From: Monosiga brevicollis MX1
Taxonomy: Eukaryota
Reading direction: 5' to 3'
DNA: 64,000 nt
Assembly: GCF_000002865.3 (NCBI RefSeq)
Contig: NW_001865056.1
Span: 561,256 to 625,255 of the forward strand
Of the stretch, positions 11,805 through 24,308 are shown in pieces. Within the stretch, counting starts at the first letter, position 1; the number at the start of each line of letters is the position of its first letter. Made by a program: the position numbers and the translations under genes. A model generated the notes under the pieces. The model saw only the letters and a list, made by a program, of their open reading frames with translations. It was not told the DNA's origin and ran no database searches.

Positions 11805-14800
11805 ATGGCAGGCGCGCCAAGAGTCTGGCGGGTGGTCGGCTTGCTGTGCCTCGTCGTTGGGTACAGTCTGGGTCAGGAAGTGCTGCCTGTGGATGGCCCG
11901 GTACCCGGAGATCTGGCACGGGATTTCGAGGTCAATTTGACCGATGGGCGTGTATTTAGGTAGTGTTGGTGCCCGATGTTTGTGTTTGCCAGGCTCGATC
12001 ACTGCCACTGCCACTGCCCATCTGCATCACGTCTGCATGCTCACCTTCCATCCATCCACCGGGCATTCCTTAGCTTTGAGCAGCGCGCTGTAACGCATCG
12101 GCCGCTCGTTGTGTTTGTATTCAATGCCAGCGATCCCTTTGATGGTCAGCTCTTGTGCTCGCGATCGTTGCATGCACCCTGCATGAATCTGGTTCACGAT
12201 GCTTGTTCCGGCATGCGCAGGTGCCATGCTTGGGTATGCCAACGGCAGCCAAGAATTTTTTGCCCTCAATGCGTCATTGCCCGTGGACTTTTTGTTTCTG
12301 GGCAGCGATGCGGAATCTCTTGTGTACCTCAAGAATTGGCGAGCCCAGGAGCTGCAGAAGCTGCCTTCGGCACTGGCGCTGCAGTGGGCCTCAAAACTGA
12401 TGATTGCTGCAGCCCCGGTCCCAGACCTGTTGGCCCACGATCCTACACATGCCCTGCTCAACACACTCGCCTCATGGACAACACTGACCCGGGCCATCGC
12501 GTGGTCCTCTCTAGACGTGAGCATGTCTCGAACCGGAGCGGCTCTTCATCAATCGTCTTCTCAAGTTCGCCGTCTTATTTTACTGCGTATCTTGCGCACG
12601 GTGTGCACGATAGGGCAACTGGACAAGCACGGTGCGCTTGGACGGGCGCTTTCAATACTGCAACGTGGTCGAGTGGACCAACCATTCACCCAGCAGCCCG
12701 ACACAAGCCTGGCCTGCGGCTGGCCTGCAGCTCAAGCTGATTGAGAATCCATGTGCCCCTGTTCCTGAGAATCTAGTTTCGCTCGTGGGGTTGGCTGATC
12801 TAACCGGTACGTCGGTGCCCAAACAATAAAAATGGCCTGCTTTTATCATGTCTCCTAATACCCACTTGCCATTCTGCTCGACTGCTAGGCCATGCTGGCT
12901 GCTCTGCGGACGAAGCAGCTCAATACATCATGGGCAGCAACGCCACTGGCGTGGTGGTTATGGTAGATGATGCACCAAGCAGCTTTCCCCTGCTTGGCCA
13001 AGGTTGGTGTGTGCCCTGCAGTCAATCACTCGGCAGTCGCCCAACTGCTCTAAGCTTGCACCGGCAGCCCGCTGTTGAGTCAGGCTCTGGCTCTCGCCCT
13101 GTACCTGATTGTGACGCGAGTGGGTGTGCACCAACCTAGGCTCATTTGAGGACAACGGGCTCTGGGATGGCAATGATGATCATGGATTCTGCTCGGCCAT
13201 TGCTCGTCATGACTCGCTGCTGAAGCAGCTACGCAATTCGCAAGCCGTCAACATGACCTACGTGACCGCGCCTCGTGCTGGAGCCTTTATTGGCCTTGAT
13301 CACCAGGGACGCTGGGCGGAAATGGGAGCCCCAATCAATCCCACACTGGTCAGTGCGCCCACCAGATGAGAGTTAGCCCTTTTGCACCACACCATCGCCG
13401 CGAGAATGAACAACTTGCAACCGTTTCTACACCTACCGTGCCCTGTACCATAGATGCTGCTGGGGTGGCAGGCCGAGTTTCTTGATTATCAGCAGCGGCT
13501 GGCTCAGAACCTGTCGCGCCCCGCGCTGGAAGTGCCCATCTTCACACCAGCCATTGGCGAGCAGGCGAGCGCAACCGTAGTCATCCCGGTTCAGGCCAGC
13601 AATGCTTCTCTAATTTGGCTCGAGGCTCGCATGTCCTGTCAAGGTACCCGTCATTGTGTCCATCTTGGTGCACCGTCCCCATGCACTGGCCGTGGCATGC
13701 TTTGTTTTGGTTTCTTCCTGACGCCACTTACGATTGTATTCTGATGCCATGGAAGCGCAGGCAGCTTTGATTTGGATTGTGACATGTGGGATCATGTGCA
13801 TACCGTGAGCGTGACATGCGATGGCAAGCCGTCAACCAGTGGTACGGCGATCGCACAGAGCCGCAGTTGCTCTTCTCACCTGGTGGTATTGCTCGACCGG
13901 CGCCACATGCCTTTGTGTTGCAGGCACAAGTCTTCACTGCCCGTGCGCTCGCATATTGTAGGTGTTGGGGAGCAGGATGTGCAGGCCTCTGAAATTGGGC
14001 GCTGGGTTACACCATACCGTCGTCGGGTGGGCCATTGGTTGACAGATGTCACAACTTACGGCGCCCAGCTTCGTCCGGGAGCGCGCTGCCAATTCAATCT
14101 ATCCGCCACCGACAACGGCTCCCCGTGGGTGTTCAAGCTCTCCCTGCGCTATCCCTTGGACAATGACCCCGGCCTGTTGCACGGTGTGCCCGTGGCCATG
14201 AACCGCCTCTTCAACACATCCGAGCTCTCTACGTTTGATGGCACCTACAACACGCGAGATGCCCTTCAGATTGCAGCCCCAGCCCAGCTACCCGCTGGTG
14301 CGTGCGACTGGGGTCGAGGCCCTGCTTTCGTGTGCACACAGACCCTTGCCCTCACGCTGCCATTTCAACTGCAGGCCAGCGGCGTGCGTACTTGACAGCC
14401 ATCATCACGGGTCATGGAAGTATGGAGTTTGTACCATCCAACCACACATTTTTGGTCAATGGACATGCCTTCAGCGTCGCCTTTCTAGAGCCCTTGGACC
14501 AAATGGCGTGCGCTCGCCGAGTATGTGCCCTCGTGCAATCCATGCCAATCCATAAACACCCTCTCCCTTGGCTTTTCCTCATGATCAGTTGTGTCTTGTA
14601 GGCCGCAGAGGGGGTTGAGCCCAATGGGCACGGTGCCATCTGGTTTGGGCGAGATGGTTGGTGCAATGGAATGAAAGTGGACAGCTGGCTCGCGGATGTG
14701 ACAACCGCCATTGCCGACTCAAACACGGTAAGAAACGATACTTTTATGCCCAACGCTGGCTGCTTGTTGTCACGGGTTTCGCCGAGTGCATGAACTGAAA

Positions 14801-14922
14801 TGTTGGTGTTCTAGATTGAGTATCAGGCTTTTCAGTACGATACAGGTCGTTGGGTTCAACCGAATAGTACAGATGGGTATATGCGGGTGACATCAAATCT
14901 TGTATGGGTGCAAGCCCCATGA
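11805..14922 (+). CDS. Secreted protein with C-terminal peptide-N-glycosidase F-type domain, multi-exon
   Basis: Signal peptide 'MAGAPRVWRVVGLLCLVVGYSLG'. Motifs 'CDMWDH', 'EIGRWVTPY', 'ITGHGSMEFVP' and 'RDGWCNG'. Last exon ends 'RVTSNLVWVQAP*'. Confidence 0.8.
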
Positions 14923-15077
14923 TCAACTTGGGCGACTCTGGTCAGAACGGCCTCTGAAGCCTTGGAAAAAGATTAAGTGTAAACGGAAAATTGATTCTTT
15001 TCTAGTCGGACCGAAGCGGCGGCAGCCAGCCAACAAGAACAGCACTGCTTGCCTCGTGATCCAAAAAGAAAGTTTTG

Positions 15078-18000
15078 CTACTCGGCCTTGCTGCGCTTGC
15101 AGTCGACAGCATCGTCTTCGTCCGCGGCACACAGACGTTTGCTTGTCGCGCCTTCTCCTGATCCCGGGGTTGTTTCATCATCATCGGCAATAAGCACAGC
15201 ATCTGTTTCAAATGCATGAAATTCCGTCAGATCAAATGATGAGCGAGGCTAGATCAAGACCAGCAGCACGTTGTCATGCAGGGGCGCCCCGAAAGGACTC
15301 GCGATGCAGATTGAATGCTAACCGCTTGTTGATGGCTGAGCCTCGCTTGGTGCTGGGGGTTCCGCGGTAACTGCGCCATGTCGTTCCAACACGAAGGGCT
15401 GATCCTCGGCCAATTCCTCACTGCACCAGTCCAGAACCATTTGCGTCAAAAATGATGGAAGAAGGACACGCAAGCATACTGTGCCACAAAGTCAAACGTA
15501 CGTTTGTCGAAAGGTCAGGGTCAAAATCATGCCCTGCAAATCGTCGGTGACCTTGCACCTAGGAAACCGGCAAAACACACGCGGTCAATTTGCCGGCCCT
15601 CGTGCGTGGACTGAAGGCAGGCATTGGTGCGTCAGCTTTCAACGCACTCTGAGCCGTCACCAATGTTAAAAGAGGCCAGTGTGCGGGGATAGAGCTTTGT
15701 TTCCAGTATGCGACGATCATCCTCGTCATCATCCTCGTCCGGGGCTGCGAGAATCATGCGGCCTGGGCGTGGTGGTAGAGTGAGCACGGTGACGCAACAC
15801 CAGGCTTGCCCTCATGCCAAACCCACCATCCGAAAGGGTCATCTCGGGAACAGCAAGACAGAGTTCTTGCTTCAGCACGTCCTCAGCCAACGTGCGCAGT
15901 GTCAATTGCTGCAGGTTTGTGCGCAGAATCAGCATAGGCTTGTCCCGGCACACGAGGCACTAATGAAATGGCAGGACCGAGAGCAAGGAGATGAGAAAGA
16001 TGGGGGATGAAGAGAGGGCCGAAAAACAAGGGAGTGACACGTACGTTGGGATTGGGGGGTTCCAACTTGAGAGGCGTGAGCAATTTGTTGCGACTTGCGA
16101 TTTGACGCGACACATACACCTGTACGTCAGTCAAACAGGCACATTAGGGCTGATCATGGGATTAGCAACAAATACGATGGGGCATGGTCAACGCATAGGA
16201 CAACTTACGGTGCGACAGGCTTCGAGTCGCCCCTGCAAAACTTTGTAGGCCTCGGCGATGATGAGTCCTGCAACCATGGCATTGGTAGTGGGAATGGCAG
16301 GGATAATGTTGCCCGCTTTGGCTGCAAGGAGATGGCGTTCAGGGGTCAGGTTGACGAATGATGCGCCAAGCAGGTGCGGACGTCAGAATGAGCCAACCGA
16401 TGCAGCAAAGGGCGCCTGCGCAAAGCAACGTACATTTCACGTCAAAGCGAGATTCGGGAGCGAGATGAAAAACACGAGCTCGGAGGTTGGCGGCTGCACA
16501 CACAAAGTCCATGGCCTCATCATCATCCTTATCCCATACCAGCCCGTCTGCGCCAGCTGCATGGAGGCGATCACGGAGGGCAGCGCCACTGACAGGCATG
16601 ATTGTTCAGGTGGCATGCATGATGATGATGATGATGATGAGCCCAACAACTGGTCATGTGCTGCCAGTTAAAAAGCCTTCGTTCAAAGCCAAGCAGAGCA
16701 GGGCGCACCTTTGTGTAAATTTGTCGACGCACTGTTGCAAGGACCACACGCGCTGATCCGGTAGCTTGCCACTCTGTGAGGTACACGACACCAGGGTGAG
16801 AGGAGCGCAACCAGTGAACGCTCATTCGGCCTGGCTTGGGTGGTTGCATGCAAGGTAACGGCGACGTACGCTGTTATCGCGCGTGTCATCGAGAGGCTGA
16901 TCAAAGTCCACCGGCACGGGGGGGGTGCGGTTCTTCCAGAGATTGTCCATTTTCAGCAGCATTCCAATGTCCCTTTGAAAGAGCTGGCACATAGAACAGA
17001 CATTCAGGCCATGTGTGTGGAAAGAATGGGAGGAAGGGAGTTGTGCGTGAGGCAACGTGAAGGCCTCTTGGTCTCGACTATCAAACACTGACTTTGCGAA
17101 CAAGGAGGTTGGGATCGTGGTGATGTTGTTCGGCCCAGTCTCGCGTTGACTGGCGGGCCTCGGCTACCGCAGCGGGGTGCACAGTTTCGCATGAGTCCAA
17201 TAGTGATTGAGAAAACAAAACAAACCCAAAACAAAAACAAAAGGTGTTCAATGGATGGTAGGGCAGGAGCCTACCGTTGTCAGTAGTGGCAGGTGCAGAA
17301 GGCTCTGAATCGCTCGACGTCTGGGCACTTTGTTCCAGTTCAGGGTCATCGGGATTGGGAGCCACATCATTTTCATCGTCAACGACGCCGAACAGATGAC
17401 TAACAACGTGCACCCCACCCGGCCAGGTGAGGAGAAAGCACTGTGTCGAGGGAATCTCAAGGCGTGACTTCAAGGGAATTGGCCGCGTGCCGTTTATGGA
17501 CCGTACGTAAAGAGAAATTTGGCCCAGACAATGCAATGAATCATGGCCGAGGGCGTGTTTCGAATGGTACAGGCCGGGTATGATTTTGGTTTGGGCTTTT
17601 CCTGGCACTCGTAGCACTCGCTCACACCCTGCCAAGGCAAATAGAGCATGAAGAGTCGAGTTGAGCCAAACACGGTGTACGAACCGGCACAGACGGTAAA
17701 ACAAGCCAAGCCACGCATGTTCGAATGTTGTTGTTGTCAGGCAGGTAGGTACCTTGAGGTGAACGGAGACTTGGCCCAGGTAGCCGGCGCTGCCGCTCTC
17801 GATGAGAGGACGGTTGGCTGCCAAGCACATGCGGTTTACATGCCGGCGGGCCTCTTTGGGAGGAAGGACGAGCCATGAGCGTCGCGATGACGGAATGCAT
17901 CGCACCTGGCATGCCATTATGTGTGCGCTAGAAGCTGGCTTCAGCCGGGTGCCACAGAGTTTTGGGGTCGCTACATACTCAGGTTATCCAGGGCATTGAG

Positions 18001-18811
18001 GACCAGGTCGAAGCGCTCAAAATAGGCCAAATTGAAGTCGGCGTCAAAGATGTTAGCATGATGGGCTACAATCTTCAGAGCTGGGTTGAAGCGTCGAACT
18101 GCCTCACTGGCCACCTGGTGTTCGTGCACACGAAAAAAATCAATGCTGGCGGCACGGAGAGAGAAAGATGGGGCTGATTGGCATGCAGCTACATCCCACA
18201 TGGCGCAGGATGGTGCAAAGGCTTGTACCTTGGCTTTGGACTGGCCGACATGCTGCTTTTGAAAGAGGAACTGGCGGTTCAGGTTTGTCACTTCAATGGT
18301 GTCCAAGTCAATCTGCGACAGCACCACAAGGGTAGAGTTGGTCAGTAAGGCAGTTGACGTTGTCTCTTCAGCTTATTGACAGCCAAACCCTGGCCTCTCC
18401 CCGTGCTACTGACCACTTCAATGTGTTGAAAGCCGGCCAGGGCGAGGTTTTTGAGCAATTCGCAGCCAATGCCGCCTGCCCCCACGACCAGGAGCTACGA
18501 GCGCGAACCGAAAAGCCAATCGTCGAGACAAAGACTGTCAGGAGGGGTCGCAGGTGCCGGTTGCGGATGCCGGTTGCAGATGCCGGTTGCAGATGCCAGT
18601 TTCACTCGTCCAACACCTGGGCAAAGGCCAGCTTCAGCTTACCTTGCACTCTTGCACCTTGGTGTAAAGGTCAGCTCCCAGCACCTGTCGCTCGTCAACC
18701 AGGCAAAGGTGAGAGTTGGATCGTAAGGGCTGCAAGACCCGGCCGCCGAGATCCAGAAAGTACACACACCTGCACCAAGCAAGCTGCACGAGTTTGACCT
18801 GTGGTATCCAT
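15078..18811 (-). CDS. UBA2: SUMO-activating enzyme subunit 2, multi-exon
   Basis: '[17 protein letters not shown]', '[17 protein letters not shown]', '[12 protein letters not shown]', '[24 protein letters not shown]', 'WDKDD..AMDFV..AANLR' and '[12 protein letters not shown]'. Confidence 0.95.
18556..18598. repeat. 13-bp tandem repeat, about 3 copies, in a UBA2 intron
   Basis: gccggttgc(g/a)gat repeated. Confidence 0.85.
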
Positions 18812-18996
18812 GTCTACTGGTCCCCCCGGTTCAGGTGCACGCCCACACCACCCAGTACCCGAGAGAGAGAGAGAGAGAGCTGCCAAGTAGAAAGAGAGAG
18901 AAACGGGAAGAGAGGAATAAACAATTACCACATGTAGACAGAAAAAGTGCGCGCAGAGACACACACACTTTGTAACGTCTAAATTGACGATGCGAT

Positions 18997-19151
18997 TGTC
19001 AGATGTCAGATCATCGGAATTTTAGGACACGGTACTGACAGAATTCAGGCTGACATAGGACGGATGGTCAGGTTTCAGTGTTACTACCAGATGTCAACCA
19101 TATCTCAAGCTGGTAGCATAGGCGGTCGCATTCCGCGGCCGGAAATGTCAG
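18997..19151. promoter_or_regulatory. TGACA/TGTCA cluster between UBA2 and the MATH gene
   Basis: Sites at 18997, 19004, 19036, 19051, 19092 and 19146. Confidence 0.5.
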
Positions 19152-19549
19152 CAGCTTTGGATCCTTTTGGCGGGAATCGCACATTTTTTGTCTCTAAATC
19201 TCTCTCTCTCTCTCGCGCGCCTGCGACAATCAGGCTGCATATCGCCTTGTTCGTGTAGTGTCAGCCAGAGCCTGGGACTGACTCGCGTGTCGGGTCAGCC
19301 AAGGGGTGCCTGATCTGGAAGCAGTTGTAGTAGTTGTGATAGATGCAAGTGACGGTGGTGCAGCGGGTGTAGTAGAGCAAGAGCTGTTCAGAAGCGACGT
19401 GCGTGAATCGACAGGTTCGACGGACCCTATCTTGCAATTGTTTCCTTGATCGTTGAATGCCAGCCCGGGTCGGTCCGACGGAAACCTAATCTGTGCGCCC
19501 CTGGCTATCAGTTTTGGTGTGGAGCGTGGCCCGTGGGCTGCTGCGCAGG

Positions 19550-20191
19550 ATGAACGGGATGAGTACACACGCCAATGCCGCGAGCAACCAAAGCTTCCTG
19601 CACCACTTTGCCGTCTCGTGGCGCATTCCAGACTTTCTCGATGGTGCGTCCGCCCCCGATGACCGCTTCATCTAGTTTTCCAGGGCAATGCAGACAGGGC
19701 TGAGCTCTGCTCGGGAGCGGGCCAATGTTCCGAAGAATGATGCATTGATAATAACCAAATCGGGCCAGGCCTTCGCGCTTGATCTGCTGCTCACCTTTCT
19801 CTCTCTTCAAACGTTTGTGTCACCATCCTCTCCCTCACACAGCTTTGAAGAGTAACAAGACGCTATGCTCGCATGTCTGTGTGCATCGGACGGGCATGCA
19901 AATGCAGCTGGTGGCAGCTTTGCTTGAGTAGGTGGCCAAGTCTTGGCCAAGCCGGTCTCGTGCCCGAGAAGCCGTCGACTAACTCACACGCGTGCCCTGC
20001 GCTATGCCGTGGCAGCTATGGCATGTTCTCGCTTTACCTCATCTGCAGCAATGCCAAAGACATGAGCCCCGACGACTCGGCGCGAGTTGCCTTCAAATTC
20101 GCCATTGGCAACAACTCCAATCCAGACGAATGTCTGACCCGCGGTTCGTTTCCTCGCCACTGTTTCCGATTCGTTGTCCCCGTGAAAGCGT

Positions 20192-20283
<92 letters not shown>

Positions 20284-21088
20284 CCTTTCTTCTTCCCGCC
20301 TGTACCATGTCTTCTATGGAGCCTTGCTGCTGTTGTCGTTGCTGTTGCGGTCGCTGGGTCTGCCAAAATGCAAACATCGGGCATTTGAATCGTCAGTTTT
20401 GCTCACCGCGACTGTTTTTGTGACTTGATCAGCGGGTGACTGCTTAATCACGGCGCGAAGTGACAACTCTTTCCGAGCGGAGGGCTGCTACAATTTTTGC
20501 AAAGCCGCTGATTTTGAAGCCCTGCTACCACAGCTGCTTGTCAACGGTGAACTGGTGATCCATTGCAACATGCGCATCCAGCCCTCTTTTGAGAAGATTC
20601 CCCGGGAAGACATGGAATCTCTGCCCGAAGCCCACTTGGGTCTGCAGCTCGAGAGCGGAGACAGCGTGGCCATTTGCGCACCCAATAATGGCTTCTGGTT
20701 GGCCCAGCTGCGTCAGAGCCTGGATCTGGCCGATCGCAACAACCAGGGCCACAAGGTGCAGGTGCAGTGGTATGATGAGGCAGGTGCCACCGGCTCGGGC
20801 GAATATGTCCTGACCAAGTACACGGACGAAGTGGAATTTGAAACCATCCATCCCGTGCGCGTGACGCTCGAGCCTATCCCGGGCAATAAGCAGGGGGCGG
20901 TCCGTATCGTTAACACCGACCACTGGAAGGAATTTCTCCACAAGTATGTTACAGTCTCTGCCTTGTGCGCGGCTGGCGTTTGTGGGTGTGGCTGGTGCCA
21001 GCACTGCAGCGAGCTCAGCTCATGCTTTGCAAACCTCCCTGTGCTTGATAGGCTGGCCGAGAGCAAAGTGGTAAGCGCGGCACAATGA
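19550..21088 (+). CDS. MATH/TRAF-domain protein with an additional C-terminal globular domain, spliced
   Basis: Spliced reading 'FAVSWRIPDF..', 'FSLYLICSN..VAFKFAIGN' and 'GCYNFCKAADFEALL..LLVNGELVIHCNMRI' fits the MATH beta-sandwich pattern. Start and end uncertain. Confidence 0.6.
20193..20282. repeat. (CA)n microsatellite, intronic
   Basis: Perfect CA run. Confidence 0.98.
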
Positions 21089-21254
21089 GCGACAGCTTTT
21101 GCCACACTGTGGACGCACTGCTAGTGCAAGCAGCCCATGGGCCCGCTTTGTCTCTGCGAGGCATTAAATAGCCCAATCAGCTGTGGATGAGGCGCTCTTT
21201 GGCTTTTTTTGTTAAAGAAGCGCTCCTCAACTCGAGCCGTTGATTTAGCTCCTG

Positions 21255-21495
<241 letters not shown>

Positions 21496-21752
21496 ATATG
21501 CAGTTGGGGAGCTTGTCTTTTCTTGCGCTCCTTTCGTCGTTTTGCTTGGCTTGTTCGCGTGCCAGCCGCGGTTTGATGCCCGAGTAACCAGAACCTGGTG
21601 TGCGTCTTGTTGTTAAATTTTCAAGGGTTGTGTTCGAAAAAGATCCAATCAATACAAATTTCTCTCGCCAAGATGATTCTTTGTTCCTTCACATAACTCG
21701 CGTTCTGCCTCCAGGCTGCACCTGAAATCGTCTAGTGGGTGGTGCATGAATG

Positions 21753-23979
21753 TCACAGACAAGGGTCAGCGCGCCCAACCCTCTTTGCGTGGCAAGTCTT
21801 GCTTCCGGTGGACCCCGCACATCTCAACTGCACGACGTACTGGCCACCCCATTCAATCTCTGTGGACAAATGTCCGCAAATATAGGCCAAGAAGCACAAA
21901 AACTAGAGAGCACAACCGTACACTGAGTTGCAGCGAGCAGCTACGGCGGGCAGGGTAAACAAAGTCATTTCACTCAGATAAGCCTTGTTTGCAGTGGCCA
22001 GGTAATGTACCTCTCGCGTCCAGTTGGCCACGATTTGCTGCGCGATGGCGGTTGGGGGACGCTCAAAGAGATTTGTTAGATGATGTTGAAGTAGCATGTC
22101 CTGGGCCTGGGCAACCAGCCAGAAGAGTAGGCCTGCCCATGGCGAGACGACGAGGGTCAGGAGCACGCAGCTCGTCCACGCTTCGGCCAGAAGCTCCAAG
22201 TAGGACGCAGCCCACATGGAACCTTGACGCAGCCGCTGCCACCTAGATAACAGGCCGTCACGATAGGCAACATCGGGACCCGGGAGCATGTCAGGTGTGC
22301 GCAAGACGCCGACGGGCTGAAGAGCGCAGTCATATCGTGGCGGGGTTGGCTGACCGAACGAGGCGAAGGAAGAGCTGGTAGGGCTGACGAGGAGCTGCAT
22401 TTTGCATGGCGGGTGCATTGCTCATTCGATGTCGGCAACCAGCAGCATAGAGGGCCTATTTGTTTTCAGCAGAAATCAGGAAGACAATGCTATTGCAACG
22501 ATTGCCCAAAAGTAGGCAGCACGTACCTGGCTCATGAAAAAGTCTTCAGCAAGAAAGTCGGAGAACGCTGTCAGATCGCCACCTGCAGTCGAGGCGAACT
22601 CCAAAGGCCAAGGTGAGGGAGTCGAGGGACGGGGGGCAAAGACAGCCGGATGATCTGACGCTTTACTCGCGAAAAAAGCGAAAAAAAAAAAAAAAAAAGC
22701 AAAAAGCAAAAACCCACAGCGTGTCTTGAAGAGCTGCCGGCTTAAGAGGATGGACATGCCGTTGAAGCCGTTGATGCGCATGGCATCGGCAAAGGCGTAC
22801 AGGTAACAGTGCTGTGTGCTAAAGTAGGCCTATTTAGCATCGGTCCAAGTGAACGTGAGGCAATGGACAGGCGCAGAAATGGGTAGAAATAAATCGTACC
22901 TCCTCAATGGCAGCGGCAAACCCATTGCGATACACGGTGAGAGGTGGTTGGTGGAGCACGCCATGCTGGCCCACGCTGGCAAACTCGGTCAAAGTCAGTC
23001 TATGAATGGTCTCGCCGCGGTCGCACAAGCCGGTCAGACATGCACCTCTCCCCTCCAAAAAAAGAGCCAACAAGAAGCGAAATAGCAGGAAGGAGTGTTT
23101 GTGGGGAGCTTGCAAGACGCAGCGTACGTAAAGTGGGCGTCAGAAGTGCGGAGGTTGGCATCGCTAATCCAAATGGTGTCATAAGTGGCACTCTCAAAGG
23201 CTTCATCTGTGCCCACCGAAGCAAACGTTAGGGCTGAGCCAAGACACGGAAGCAGAGCGCGGCATGACAGAGTAGCGCACAAAGATTATTGATCTTGGGG
23301 TTGACGCCGCGCCGACGGGGCAGAGTGAAGCAGCGGGCGCGCGCCGTGGGGTATTCATTGAGCAGGTCCTCCACAACCTGGGCCGCAGGGTCATCGGCTG
23401 TCTCGAGGCAAAACAGGACCTCCACATTGGCCTGTCGCATCAAGAGGCCGTGAGCTTTGGGGCAAACTGAAAGGATGCCACGCCACAGGATCGATTTGAA
23501 GGATTGCCACGGGCCCAGCTGCTCAAGCGTACTTGTTGAACGGCTTGACGCACAAAGGTCTCAAGGTTGGAGCGCAAGTGCAGGTCAGCGCCCTTGAGCG
23601 GCTTCAGAATGGAGACGCCTGAGCCAGCCACTTGCCCCGTGACCAGTGTGGAGTTGGACTGTGGCTTCCCAAACTCATTTTTTTGCCGTTGCTGCTGGGG
23701 TCGCTCTGCTGAGGCAGACTCTGAGCCCGAGCGGACCAGAGCATGCGGGGGATGCACCCGAAAGCTGCGCACAGAGAGAAGCGCCCGTTGAGATCATCCC
23801 CAAAAGAAGAAAAAAAAAAAAGCTGGTTGCTCAGCTATCCCAGCAGCCACCGGCATGCGACAAGCCGTTTCTCTCCATCCCCACTCGCATACTCACCAGC
23901 GTACAATGGCAATGGTGCGTACCACGAGCAGCAAAGCTGCCAGCACGCCCACCACCCCGGTCACCACCACAGCCAACAT
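21753..23979 (-). CDS. UGCG: Ceramide glucosyltransferase (GT21), multi-exon
   Basis: N-terminal TM; 'GVSILKPLKGAD..NLETF', 'GVNPKINNL', 'IWISDAN', 'NGMS', 'FLAEDFF', 'RWQRLR'; C-terminal 'IEWGGQ..LRC'. Confidence 0.9.
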
Positions 23980-24079
23980 GATTTCGAATTTGAAATTCGT
24001 TTTTGCTAGAAAGTATTTTACTTTAGTGCCTCGAGAGCTCATGGACACGTTGACAAAACGAACAAACGGTTGTACAACG

Positions 24080-24080
<1 letters not shown>

Positions 24081-24134
<54 letters not shown>

Positions 24135-24170
24135 GTCTCTCTCTTTCACACACACACTCTCTCTCTCTCA
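24081..24170. repeat. (CA)n/(CT)n microsatellite in the UGCG-PABP bidirectional intergenic region
   Basis: Visible runs. Confidence 0.9.
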
Positions 24171-24308
24171 AGCGTGAGCAAGGCAGCTTGAAGCTACCAC
24201 ATGTCAGACGGCCAAAGCACGAGTTTCAAGTTTTGGGAGCAACTCTTTTTTTTTTTTCTCTTTCCCTTCCTCTGACCCAAGGCAACTCGGACTTGTGAGA
24301 TCGGCAGC

